A stretch of 64,000 bases of DNA from Candidatus Eiseniibacteriota bacterium. Lineage in GTDB: Bacteria; Eisenbacteria; RBG-16-71-46; CAIMUX01; VGJL01. Location of the stretch: assembly GCA_041946735.1 (NCBI GenBank), contig JBHGAY010000010.1, positions 75,530 through 139,529 on the forward strand. The letters are read 5' to 3'. Shown here piece after piece: positions 38,340-47,467 of this stretch (positions are counted from its first letter, which is position 1; the number at the start of each line of letters is the position of its first letter). The notes under the pieces were generated by a model, which did no database searches, was not told the origin of the DNA, and was given only the letters and a program-made list of their open reading frames with translations. The translations under genes and the position numbers were made by a program.

Positions 38340-38888
38340 ATGAAGCACGGTCGGATGATTGGAATCCTGCTCCTCGGGCTCGCGCTGGTGGGAATCGCCA
38401 GCGAGGCGAACGCCGAGAGCCGCATCGGGGTCGGCTACTTCCGTCCGGAGGCGCCGATCGGAGTGCGGATCTGGGCCGCGCCGAAGATCGGCATCGATCT
38501 CGGTATCGGATTCCAGACGGAGGACGTTCCGGATCCCACGCAGCAGGACCCTAACAACACGAGCACCAAGGTCGGCTTCACGTTCGACGGCGGCGTTCCC
38601 ATCGTTCTCGTCGGCGACGCGACGTCGACAGCCTTCTTCGTGCGTCCGGGGATCGCCTTCTCTTCGGAGCCGGTCAATGCCGACGACAATGCGACCGACA
38701 TCGTTGTCTCCGGCCACCTCGGCGTCGAGCACCACTTCGCGAAGTGGTTCAGCCTCGAGGTCGCGCACGGGATCTACTTCAGCAGTCACGATCCGGGCAC
38801 CCCGGGCTCCGACTCGACGACGCAGTTCGCGAGCGAGGCGTTCGGAATTTCGAGCCTCGGCTTCCACGCCTACATCTTCGGGGACTGA
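38340..38888 (+). CDS. Small outer-membrane beta-barrel protein
   Basis: Signal peptide, amphipathic strands, C-terminal LGFHAYIF. RBS GGAGG. Confidence 0.7.
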   Translation: MKHGRMIGILLLGLALVGIASEANAESRIGVGYFRPEAPIGVRIWAAPKIGIDLGIGFQTEDVPDPTQQDPNNTSTKVGFTFDGGVPIVLVGDATSTAFFVRPGIAFSSEPVNADDNATDIVVSGHLGVEHHFAKWFSLEVAHGIYFSSHDPGTPGSDSTTQFASEAFGISSLGFHAYIFGD

Positions 38889-38930
38889 TCCCTCTCGGGG
38901 ACCGATCCCGCGAAATAGCCTGAGAACGGC

Positions 38931-38965
38931 GAAGGCCGGCTGTGGCGAGTCCCCAGCCGGCCTTC
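38931..38965. terminator. Hairpin between convergent barrel genes
   Basis: gaaggccggctg...cagccggccttc forms a 12-bp stem. Confidence 0.6.
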
Positions 38966-38979
38966 GTGTCTTCGAGGCG

Positions 38980-40134
38980 CTAGAGCCTCGCGTCCAGCCG
39001 CAGCGAGACGACGATCTCGTTGTCGAGGTCGATCTTCTCGCCCAGCACGAAGACGTCGTCGTTCAGGGTCCGATAGCGCACGTCGAGCACGCTCCGGAGG
39101 CTGTTCGAGTAGGCCTGCGAAACGCCCGCGAAGAGGACGGTCTGCGCGGCGGCGTCGGTGATATCCCCAAAGCCCGGCGATACCAGCTCGAGATCGTCGG
39201 CGTCGGTGTCGTAGTCGACGAGGTCGACGCGCGCGAACGCCTCGATCTTTTCGTTGAAGGCGTAGCGCGCGAGCCCGGAGATCACCTGCGAGGTAACCTC
39301 GTCGGTCCCATCGTTGGGAGCGAGGAGCGCAAACTTCCTCCGGCGCGCGTCGTACTGCACGCCCGCCGCGAGCTTCTTGCCTTCGTAGAAGGAGTGGGCG
39401 CCGTACCAGACCGTGTTGTTGTCGCCCGCGTCCGGGACTTGCGGAGCGTACTGCGCGTACCCGCCGATTCCCCATCCCTTCGCGACTCCCTCTCGAATCG
39501 GACGGACGTAGGCGCGCGCGCCGGCCGTCTTGTACTTCCCCTCGTCCCCGGGATCGCCGACCGACAGGTTATACGGCACGTGGTTCGCGACGAGCACGTC
39601 GCAATCGAGCGCGCCATCGAAGAGCAGCGCGCTCCAACCGGCGCCGAGCCAGGTCGTGCCGTTGCCGAGGTAGAGGTCGGGCGGCGTCGGGGCGACGATG
39701 CGGTAGCCCCAGGGACGCTCGTACCAGTTGGAAATCAAGCCCTCCGTCTGGCCGAAGCGAAGGCGCGTTCCCTCGAGGCCGAACGGGGCGCCGATCAGGA
39801 TGTCCGCGGTCTTCAGCCAGACGCGCGGAACGTCGGCGGAGGTGTTGAAGTTGCGCACCTCGAGGCGTGCCCTCCCCGTATACCTCTCACCGATGCGGCT
39901 CTGGAAGGTCAGGTAGACGCGATCGATCTGAAAGGCGTTGAAGTCCTTGGTATCGTCACCCGGCGAGAAGTCCTCGACGTTGTAGAACCACTTTGCCCAA
40001 AGCACCCCGTCGAACGTCACCGGGTTGTTCTTCCCCTCCATCGGCTCGGCCCAGACGGTTCCTGCGAGCGCGACCAGGATCGAGATCCCCAGTGCGAGTC
40101 CCGCCAGCCGCCGTCGCGCGATCGTGAGATCCAT
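38980..40134 (-). CDS. Porin-like outer-membrane beta-barrel protein
   Basis: Signal peptide, FQIDRVYLTF, WLKTA, LRFGQ, EAFARVD strands and a terminal beta strand. Confidence 0.65.
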   Translation of the reverse strand: MDLTIARRRLAGLALGISILVALAGTVWAEPMEGKNNPVTFDGVLWAKWFYNVEDFSPGDDTKDFNAFQIDRVYLTFQSRIGERYTGRARLEVRNFNTSADVPRVWLKTADILIGAPFGLEGTRLRFGQTEGLISNWYERPWGYRIVAPTPPDLYLGNGTTWLGAGWSALLFDGALDCDVLVANHVPYNLSVGDPGDEGKYKTAGARAYVRPIREGVAKGWGIGGYAQYAPQVPDAGDNNTVWYGAHSFYEGKKLAAGVQYDARRRKFALLAPNDGTDEVTSQVISGLARYAFNEKIEAFARVDLVDYDTDADDLELVSPGFGDITDAAAQTVLFAGVSQAYSNSLRSVLDVRYRTLNDDVFVLGEKIDLDNEIVVSLRLDARL

Positions 40135-40190
40135 TCCAATCCCCCTTGTTGACAATGGAAAGGCGGTCGTTTTTTGCGAATTCCGGCGGG

Positions 40191-40219
40191 ATCGTACGAG
40201 CGGGGTTGGGGAGGGTCAA
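40191..40219 (-). promoter_or_regulatory. Sigma70-type promoter for the porin-like gene
   Basis: TTGACC-N17-TACGAT on the minus strand, directly after the upstream terminator. Confidence 0.6.
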
Positions 40220-40221
40220 CG

Positions 40222-40250
40222 AAAACCCCGCCGGCGCGAAGCCGGCGGGG
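40222..40250 (-). terminator. Intrinsic terminator of the oxidoreductase operon
   Basis: Minus strand ccccgccggc-ttcgc-gccggcgggg-tttt. Confidence 0.8.
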
Positions 40251-40299
40251 GTGTCTGTGAAGGTCCGGTGAAGGAACGGTTGCGATCTCGTTCGCGGGA

Positions 40300-41325
40300 T
40301 CAGCTCACGGTCCAGGTTTCCCCCGAGCCGATCAACGCCTCGAGCGATCCGCGCCCCTGCTTCTCGCGCACCTGGCTCATCTGCTCGTGAACGAGGACTT
40401 CGAAGGGAGAAGCCTGGACGCGCCGGAAGATCCCGATCGGGAGGGGGAAGCCAGGCTCGCCGCCGAGATGGGCAAGCTGCGCGGCGAGGGACGGATCGGC
40501 GCGCTGCGCGTCATGGACGAGCAGCCCGTCCGTCTCTCCGGCCGCGAGGTCGACCACCTCGAGCTGGTCGTCGCGCCGGCGGATCCCGCGCGTCTTCTCC
40601 TTGCCGAAGACGAGCGGCTTGCCGTCCTCCATCGCCACGACGCGATCGTCGCGGACGGTGCGGTCGGTCCAGCCGTCCCAGGCTCCATCGTTGAAGATGT
40701 TGCAGTTCTGGAGGATCTCGATGAACGCGCTGCCCTTGTGCTCCGCGGCCGCGCGCAGGGTCTCCTTCAGGTGCGGCGCGAAGATGTCGATCGAGCGCGC
40801 GACGAAGGTCGCGCCGGCGCCGAGCGCGAGCGCAATCGGGTCGAACGGACGGTCGACCGAACCGAACGGCGTCGACTTCGTCTTCTTGAACTGCTCGCTC
40901 GTCGGGGAATACTGCCCCTTCGTCAATCCGTAGATCCGGTTGTTGAACATCAGGATTTTCAGATCGATGTTGCGGCGCAGCGCATGAATGAGATGGTTTC
41001 CGCCGATCGACAGCGCGTCGCCGTCCCCCGTCGCCACCCACACGGATAGCTCGGGGTTTGCGATCTTGATCCCCGTGGCGATCGCCGGCGCGCGCCCGTG
41101 AATCGTGTGGAAGCCGAATGTGTTCATGTAGTACGGGAAGCGGCTCGAGCAGCCGATCCCCGAGACGACGACGAACTTCTCACGAGGAATCGGAAGCTCG
41201 GGAAATACCGATTGCACGGCATTCAGGATCGCGTAGTCCCCGCACCCGGGGCACCAGCGCACCTCCTGATCGGTCTGGAACTCCTTCTTCGTCCGCTTCG
41301 TTTCAACCGGATTCGCCGACATCAC
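40300..41325 (-). CDS. korB: 2-oxoacid:ferredoxin oxidoreductase beta subunit
   Basis: [40 protein letters not shown]. Substrate specificity cannot be read from the sequence. Confidence 0.9.
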   Translation of the reverse strand: MMSANPVETKRTKKEFQTDQEVRWCPGCGDYAILNAVQSVFPELPIPREKFVVVSGIGCSSRFPYYMNTFGFHTIHGRAPAIATGIKIANPELSVWVATGDGDALSIGGNHLIHALRRNIDLKILMFNNRIYGLTKGQYSPTSEQFKKTKSTPFGSVDRPFDPIALALGAGATFVARSIDIFAPHLKETLRAAAEHKGSAFIEILQNCNIFNDGAWDGWTDRTVRDDRVVAMEDGKPLVFGKEKTRGIRRRDDQLEVVDLAAGETDGLLVHDAQRADPSLAAQLAHLGGEPGFPLPIGIFRRVQASPFEVLVHEQMSQVREKQGRGSLEALIGSGETWTVS

Positions 41326-43193
41326 GCACGCTCCTCGAGCACCTCGTCGATCTTCGCGAGGATCTCTCCTTCAGTGAAAGGACGGCCCTGGATCTTGTTC
41401 AGCCCGATCGCGTCGACCAGATAGCGGGCGCGGAGCACCCAGAGAAGCTGACCCAGGTTCAGCTCCGGCACGAGGACGCGACGGAAGCGGGCGAGCACGT
41501 CCCCGAGATCGCGCGGCAGAGGATTCAGGTAGCGTAGATGCAGGTGGCCGATCTTCGCGCGTCCGGTCCGGCGCCGCCTCTCGACCGCCGCCGTGATCGC
41601 CCCGGCGGTCGAACCCCATCCGACGATGAGCAGGTCGCCCGATCCGTCTCCCTCCACTTCGCACGGCGGGAACTCGGCGGCGATCCGCTCCACCTTCTCC
41701 GCGCGCAGCCGCACCATCGTCTCGTGGTTGCGCGGGTCGTAGCTGACGTTGCCGCTTCCCGCTTCCTTCTCGAGCCCGCCGATCCGGTGCTCGAGCCCCG
41801 GGGTCCCAGGGATCGCCCAAGGCCGAGCGAGGGTCGCAGCGTCGCGCGCGTAGGGGCGGAACGTTTCGCGGTCCTCGTGGAACTTCACGTCGATCGGAGG
41901 CAGCTTGTCCAGATCCGGGAGGAGCCAGGGCTCCGCGCCGTTGGCAAGATAGCCGTCAGACAGCAGGAAGACCGGCGTCATGTAGGTGACCGCGATGCGG
42001 CACGCCTCGTAGGCCATACGGAAGCAGTCGGACGGGGTGGCCGCGGCGAGAACCGGGACCGGCGCCTCGCTGTTGCGCCCGAAGAGCGCCTGCATCAGGT
42101 CCGCTTGCTCGGTCTTCGTCGGCAGGCCGGTCGACGGTCCGCCCCGCTGGATGTTGCAGATCACCAGCGGAAGCTCCGCCATCGTCGCGAGACCGATCGC
42201 TTCGGTCTTCAACGCGACGCCCGGGCCGCTCGTCGTCGTGACGCCGAGGTTCCCCGCGAAGGATGCGCCGATGGCAGCGCCGACGGCGGCGATCTCGTCC
42301 TCCGCCTGGAACGTGATCACGTCGAAGTTCTTGTGCCGCGACATCTCGTGCAGCACGTCGCTCGCCGGCGTGATCGGATAGGAGCCGAGGAAGATCGGGA
42401 TCCCCGCCTTCTCGCTCGCCGCGATGAGCCCGAGCGCGAGCGCCGTATTGCCGGAGATGTTGCGATACTTCCCCGGCGCGAGCCGCGCAGGCGGCACGTG
42501 GTAGCTGACCTCGAACAGCTCGGTCGCTTCGGCGAACGCGTAGCCCGCTCGGAGAGCCAGGCGGTTCGCCTCGAGCAGGGGAGGCTCCTTTGCGAACTTC
42601 TCCTCGATCCAGCGCAGGGTCGGGTCGAGGGGCCGCGTGTAGAGCCAGTACATCATCCCGAGCGCGAAGAAGTTCTTGCAGCGATCGACGGTCCTCGTAT
42701 CGAGGCCGGTCGACTCCAGCGCCGTCCGGGTCAGCCGTGTCAGATCGACCTTGAAGAGCCGGTAGCCCTCGAGGGAGCCGTCCTCGAGCGGATTCGAGGC
42801 GTAGCCCGCCTTGTCCAGGTCCCGCTGCGCGAACGCGTTGGTGTTGACGATGATCACGCCGTTGGGCTTCAGGTCCTTCAGATTCACCTTGAGGGCGGCA
42901 GGATTCATGGCGACGAGGACGTCGGGCTCGTCGCCCGGCGTCGTCACCTCCGCCGAGGAGAAGTGGATCTGGAAGCCGCTCACGCCCGGGAGGGTCCCGG
43001 CCGGGGCGCGGATCTCGGCCGGGAAATCCGGCAGGGTGGCCACGTCGTTGCCGAACAGGGCCGACGTGGATGTGAACTGGCTGCCGGTCAACTGCATCCC
43101 GTCCCCCGAGTCTCCGGCGAAACGGATCACGACCGACTCGACCGTCTCTCGACTCTTCGAGGGCAGGCTCGTCTTCTCTGTCTGGATTTCCAT
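41322..43193 (-). CDS. korA: 2-oxoacid:acceptor oxidoreductase alpha subunit (gamma domain fused)
   Basis: [49 protein letters not shown]. Confidence 0.9.
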   Translation of the reverse strand: MEIQTEKTSLPSKSRETVESVVIRFAGDSGDGMQLTGSQFTSTSALFGNDVATLPDFPAEIRAPAGTLPGVSGFQIHFSSAEVTTPGDEPDVLVAMNPAALKVNLKDLKPNGVIIVNTNAFAQRDLDKAGYASNPLEDGSLEGYRLFKVDLTRLTRTALESTGLDTRTVDRCKNFFALGMMYWLYTRPLDPTLRWIEEKFAKEPPLLEANRLALRAGYAFAEATELFEVSYHVPPARLAPGKYRNISGNTALALGLIAASEKAGIPIFLGSYPITPASDVLHEMSRHKNFDVITFQAEDEIAAVGAAIGASFAGNLGVTTTSGPGVALKTEAIGLATMAELPLVICNIQRGGPSTGLPTKTEQADLMQALFGRNSEAPVPVLAAATPSDCFRMAYEACRIAVTYMTPVFLLSDGYLANGAEPWLLPDLDKLPPIDVKFHEDRETFRPYARDAATLARPWAIPGTPGLEHRIGGLEKEAGSGNVSYDPRNHETMVRLRAEKVERIAAEFPPCEVEGDGSGDLLIVGWGSTAGAITAAVERRRRTGRAKIGHLHLRYLNPLPRDLGDVLARFRRVLVPELNLGQLLWVLRARYLVDAIGLNKIQGRPFTEGEILAKIDEVLEERA

Positions 43194-43358
43194 GGCCTCG
43201 CACCGAGGGCGCGCCGGCGCTGCGGCTCTCCGCCGGGCCCGCGCGGAAGAAGGTTCCTGAAGTGGCGATCTTTCAGATTTTCAAGGACAACAAGGCTTGC
43301 GCACGGATCCGGCGAAGCTAGCAGACGGTCCGACGGAGGCGCAACGCGCTTTAGCAAC

Positions 43359-43367
43359 ACTGTATCA
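43359..43367 (-). promoter_or_regulatory. Candidate extended -10 element for korAB
   Basis: TGATACAGT on the minus strand in an AT-rich patch. Confidence 0.35.
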
Positions 43368-43620
43368 TCGCATTCATCATACTGACAGGCCGATCCTCGG
43401 GGACCTCGGCGCCGCCCGAACGGAAGCCGCCGCCTCCGGGGCTATCCGCGCAGACCGCGAGCTTCGGATGGGGTCCGGTAGGCCGGGAGGAAGGGAGGGA
43501 ACTGCAGCCGCCATCCTTGCCAGACCGCGCCGGTGCGGTAGCCTGAAAGCTCGCGTATCTGAAGGCTCGCGCGGCCGAGGACGGAAGCGCCGGGGGGAGC
43601 CGACCGGGGAGGGAGAAGCG

Positions 43621-44418
43621 ATGGATCTCGGGATTTCGGGAAGGGTCGCGCTGGTAACGGGCGGCACGGCAGGTTTGGGGCTCGCGGCCGCGCAGGTGCT
43701 CGCCGAGGAGGGCGCGTCCGTGGCGATCTGCGGGCGGGATCGCGAGAGGCTCGATCGCGCCGGCGAGGCCCTCGCCCGCCTCGCGGGGGGCGGGCGGATC
43801 GCGAGGATCGCAGGGGACCTCGCACTCCCCGAAGAGCCCGGGCGGATCGTGCGCGAGGCGGAGGAGCAGCTCGGCGGCCTCTCGATCCTCGTCGTCAACG
43901 CGGGCGGGCCCCCGTCCGGATCGCTCCTCGATCTTCCCGAATCGGCATGGGAGAGGGCGGTCCAGCTGACGCTGATGAGCGCGGTGCGTCTCACGCGCGC
44001 CGCCTTGCCCGGGATGCTCGACCGAGGATACGGCCGGGTCGTCTACATCACCTCCTCGACCGTGAAGCAACCGCTGTCGCGTCTGATCCTCTCGAACGTC
44101 CTGCGCCCGGGCATCGTCGCTCTCGCGAAGACGCTCGCCGAAGAGTACGCGACCTCCGGCGTGACGCTGAACTGCGTCTGCCCCGGCCCGTACCGGACGG
44201 AACGGATCGAGGATCTGATGCGCGATCGCGCGGCCGCGGCGGGCATTTCCGTGGAAGAGGCGACGCGTCGCTATCTCGATGCGGTTCCGATGAAGCGTCT
44301 CGGCGACCCGAGCGAGCTCGGGCGCGTGATCGCCTTCCTGGCTTCCGACGCGGCCAGCTTCGTCACCGGAGTCAGCTGGTCCGTCGATGGCGGTCAGATC
44401 CAGGGGATCTTCGGATGA
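43621..44418 (+). CDS. SDR family oxidoreductase
   Basis: TGGTAGLG, NAGGPP, SNVLR in place of YxxxK, FVTG...VDGG. Confidence 0.85.
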   Translation: MDLGISGRVALVTGGTAGLGLAAAQVLAEEGASVAICGRDRERLDRAGEALARLAGGGRIARIAGDLALPEEPGRIVREAEEQLGGLSILVVNAGGPPSGSLLDLPESAWERAVQLTLMSAVRLTRAALPGMLDRGYGRVVYITSSTVKQPLSRLILSNVLRPGIVALAKTLAEEYATSGVTLNCVCPGPYRTERIEDLMRDRAAAAGISVEEATRRYLDAVPMKRLGDPSELGRVIAFLASDAASFVTGVSWSVDGGQIQGIFG

Positions 44419-45203
44419 GCGCGCCACAGCGCAGCACGCCGCCCGGCAGCACGCCGCCCGGCAGCGCGCCGCAGCGCAGTGCGCCGCAAGCCAGCACGCC
44501 GCCCCTCACCCCGGCGGCCGGCTGGTTCGAGGAGCTCCGCCGCGACAACGACTCGGTCTGGGGGGCGATCCACTCGCATCCTTTCGTGACGGGGATCGGC
44601 TCCGGGACGCTCGATGTCGATCGCTTCCGCTTCTTTCTCTCGCAGGACTATCCGTACCTGAAGGAGTTCTGCCGCGTCCTCGCCCTCGCCGTCTCGCGCG
44701 GCGGACGGCTCGACGAAATGGCGTTCTTCGCGTCGCTGCTCCATGCCACGCTGGCAGTCGAGATGGATCTCCATCGCAGCTACTGCGCCGATTTCGGCAT
44801 CTCGCCGGAGGATCTCGCCGCTACTTCGCTCGCCCCCACCGCGCACGCCTACACGCGGCATCTCCTCGCCATCGGGGCGCTCGGCACGCAGGCGGAGATC
44901 GCCGTCGCTCTCGCTCCCTGCATCGTCAGCTATGCGGAGATCGGACGGAATCTGGCCCGCGCCATCCCGCCGGGCGCTCCGCTGCTGGCCCGCTGGATCG
45001 AGGCCTACGCCTCCGACCCCTACCAGTCGATCGCGCGCGAAGCGATCGCGCTCGTCGACCGGCTGGCGGAGCGGATCGGTCCGGAGGAACGGGAGCGTTG
45101 CGCCGGCCATTTCCGCATCGGATCGCTCTACGAGTGGCGCTTCTGGGAGATGGCGTGGACGGGGGAGAGCTGGCCGATCCCGGGCGCCGAGCGAGCGCGG
45201 TGA
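44415..45203 (+). CDS. tenA: TenA family protein (thiaminase II)
   Basis: HPFV..IGSGTL, FLSQDYPYL, APC (catalytic Cys), WIEAY, EWRFWEMA. Confidence 0.85.
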   Translation: MSAPQRSTPPGSTPPGSAPQRSAPQASTPPLTPAAGWFEELRRDNDSVWGAIHSHPFVTGIGSGTLDVDRFRFFLSQDYPYLKEFCRVLALAVSRGGRLDEMAFFASLLHATLAVEMDLHRSYCADFGISPEDLAATSLAPTAHAYTRHLLAIGALGTQAEIAVALAPCIVSYAEIGRNLARAIPPGAPLLARWIEAYASDPYQSIAREAIALVDRLAERIGPEERERCAGHFRIGSLYEWRFWEMAWTGESWPIPGAERAR

Positions 45204-45772
45204 GCGTTCATTCCCACCCGCCGGCCGCAGCGACGCGGCGATTCTCGATCGGCGACGGGGTGGTCGAGTTCCTCGCGCGCCGCCGCCGCCGCGAGGTGCT
45301 CGGCCAGGTGCGCGGGCGCCTGCTCGACATCGGCTGTGGCGACAACCGCCTGGTGCGCTCCTACGGGAACGGCCTCGGCGTCGACATCCTGCAGTGGGGC
45401 GACGTCGACCTCGTCGTGCCCGACACGAACAAGATCCCGCTCGAGAACGAGAGCTTCGACTCGGTGAGCTTCGTCGCCTGCCTCAATCACATCCCGAACC
45501 GCGAGGCGGTCCTCGACGAGGCGCATCGGTTGCTCCGTCCCGGCGGGCGCTTGATCGCGACCATGCTGAGCCCAGGCATCTCGCGCCTCTGGCATCGGAT
45601 CATCGCGCCATGGGATCCCGATCAGCACGGCCGGGAGCTCGATGCGGGCGAGGTGTGGGGAATCTCGAACGACGAGATGCGGCGACTCCTCGAGCGCCAT
45701 CGCTTCGACGTGGTGCTCCATCGCCGCTTCGTGCTCGTGAACAATCTCTTCGTTGCCGAAGTGCGGAAGTAG
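45200..45772 (+). CDS. Class I SAM-dependent methyltransferase
   Basis: LLDIGCG, ESFDSV, RLLRPGG. GTGA overlap with tenA. Confidence 0.85.
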   Translation: MSVHSHPPAAATRRFSIGDGVVEFLARRRRREVLGQVRGRLLDIGCGDNRLVRSYGNGLGVDILQWGDVDLVVPDTNKIPLENESFDSVSFVACLNHIPNREAVLDEAHRLLRPGGRLIATMLSPGISRLWHRIIAPWDPDQHGRELDAGEVWGISNDEMRRLLERHRFDVVLHRRFVLVNNLFVAEVRK

Positions 45773-45850
45773 AAAGGGAGTCGGCGCGACCGGCGCCCGC
45801 CGGCCCGTCGCCCGCCGGCCCGCCAGCCCGCCGCCCAGCGCTCGGTCCGC

Positions 45851-46657
45851 CTAGATCGCCTCCTCCGCCGGGGGCGTCGCGCTCGGGAACCGGCCCTCCT
45901 GGGCTTCGCGGATGATCGTCTTCAGCGCGAGCGGAAAGTCCCTCTCGAGGATCCAGGTGATGTACTCCGGATCGACCTCCATCACCTCGCGCAAGCGCCG
46001 GCCCGCGTACTTGCCGAAGCAGAAGCACGCCTCGCCGTCCCGCCACTCGAGCTTGCGATCCGGATCGACGTGACGGTCGCTCGATCGCTTCGAGAAGAGC
46101 GCGAGACCGGGCGCCGTCGGATCGAGATCGCCGTAGCGCTCGATCTGCGCGCACAGGACGTCGAACGTCGCTTCCGTGTCCGCCTCCGCGCCGTGCGCCC
46201 CCTCGTGCTCGCGCCCGAGATAGAAGCGGACCGCCGCCGAGAGATCCCGGGGCTCGCGCCGGTGGAAGATCACCTGCACGTCGATCACGTCGCGCCCGTC
46301 GAGCGAGAACGACTCGCCGCAGCGCGCGAGCTCCGCAGTCAGAATCCTCAGGTCGAAGCCGTGGACGTTGAAGCCGCAGAGATCGGCGTCGCCGATGAAG
46401 GTGGTGATCTCGGAGGCGACCTTGCGGAACGGGGGGCAAAACTCGACGTCCTCGTTCGTGATCCCGTGGACGGCGATCGCCTCTACGGGGATCCGGATCT
46501 CGGGATTGACCCGGCGCTGGTAGCGCTCCTTCCTCCCGTCCGGGTGGACCTTCAGCATCGCAATCTCGACGATCCGGTCCCGGAAGGGGACCGAACCGGT
46601 CGTCTCGGTGTCGAGGACGACCAGCGGGCGGGACAGGACCAGCCTTCGCTCATTCAT
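45851..46657 (-). CDS. DEDDh 3'-5' exonuclease (DnaQ-like)
   Basis: LDTETTG, VHGI, GFNVHGFD, AHGAEAD, and a C-terminal FGKYAG...YITWIL domain. Confidence 0.9.
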   Translation of the reverse strand: MNERRLVLSRPLVVLDTETTGSVPFRDRIVEIAMLKVHPDGRKERYQRRVNPEIRIPVEAIAVHGITNEDVEFCPPFRKVASEITTFIGDADLCGFNVHGFDLRILTAELARCGESFSLDGRDVIDVQVIFHRREPRDLSAAVRFYLGREHEGAHGAEADTEATFDVLCAQIERYGDLDPTAPGLALFSKRSSDRHVDPDRKLEWRDGEACFCFGKYAGRRLREVMEVDPEYITWILERDFPLALKTIIREAQEGRFPSATPPAEEAI

Positions 46658-46897
46658 CGCGTTGCACCTCCGATCACCTGATCGGGGCGCATTCTACCAG
46701 GAGGAAACTGCCGGCGGGACCGGATCTTCGGGGATCGGCCACCGGCCCGGGAGCCGGGCGCGCCTGGCCCGCGAGCCAGTGGCGGCCGGGCGAGGCAGCC
46801 GGAGATTCCGCATCCCAGGCCCGATGCGGCCGCATATACTCCTTCCGACGCGAACGGCTGTGTAGCAAAAACTCCGCCGCCGCACGGGGAGGATCCG

Positions 46898-47467
46898 GTG
46901 GGGACCGAAGGCTTCCGGGAATCGCTTCGACGAATCCGGGATTCCGGAGAGCCGACAATGCACGCCCTCTTCTCCCAGCTTTACGCGGAGATCCGGCGGC
47001 AGGCGCGACGCCAGATGCGTGGCGAGGGAGGCGGAAAGGACCTCCAGGCGACCGAGCTGGTCGGGGAGGCCTACCTCCGGCTGCGTGAGGCGCGCGGTGT
47101 CGAATGGCAGGACGAGGACCACTTCCTGCGCACCGTCGCCCGCGCGATGCGGCGCGCGCTCGTCGACGAGGCGCGCAAACGGGCCGCAGAGAAGCGCGGC
47201 GGGCCGGCCGCGCGCCAGGTTGCCTACTTCACCCTCGGCGCTCGCACACGACTCGCCCTCGACGACCTTCTCGCGCTCGAGGATGGGTTGCAGAAGATGT
47301 CCTCCGGACCGGGCCAGCTTCCCCGCGAGGCGAAGGTGATCGAGCTGATCTTCTTCGCCGGAGCGACCAAGGAAGAGATCGCGCGCCTGCTCGAGATCGA
47401 CGTGCGGCAGGTCTATCGCGACTACCGGCATGCCCGGATCTGGCTGCGCCGGGAGATCGGGTTGTGA
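46898..47467 (+). CDS. ECF sigma factor, kinase-associated (TIGR02999-like)
   Basis: LQATELVGEAYLRL, AMRRALVDEARKRAAEKRGG, VYRDYRHARIWL. Confidence 0.85.
   Translation: MGTEGFRESLRRIRDSGEPTMHALFSQLYAEIRRQARRQMRGEGGGKDLQATELVGEAYLRLREARGVEWQDEDHFLRTVARAMRRALVDEARKRAAEKRGGPAARQVAYFTLGARTRLALDDLLALEDGLQKMSSGPGQLPREAKVIELIFFAGATKEEIARLLEIDVRQVYRDYRHARIWLRREIGL

Noticed and set aside
45851..46657. DnaQ-like exonuclease as part of a defence or mobile element
   Set aside because: Ordinary stand-alone DEDDh family gene, with no integrase, RT or defence genes nearby.
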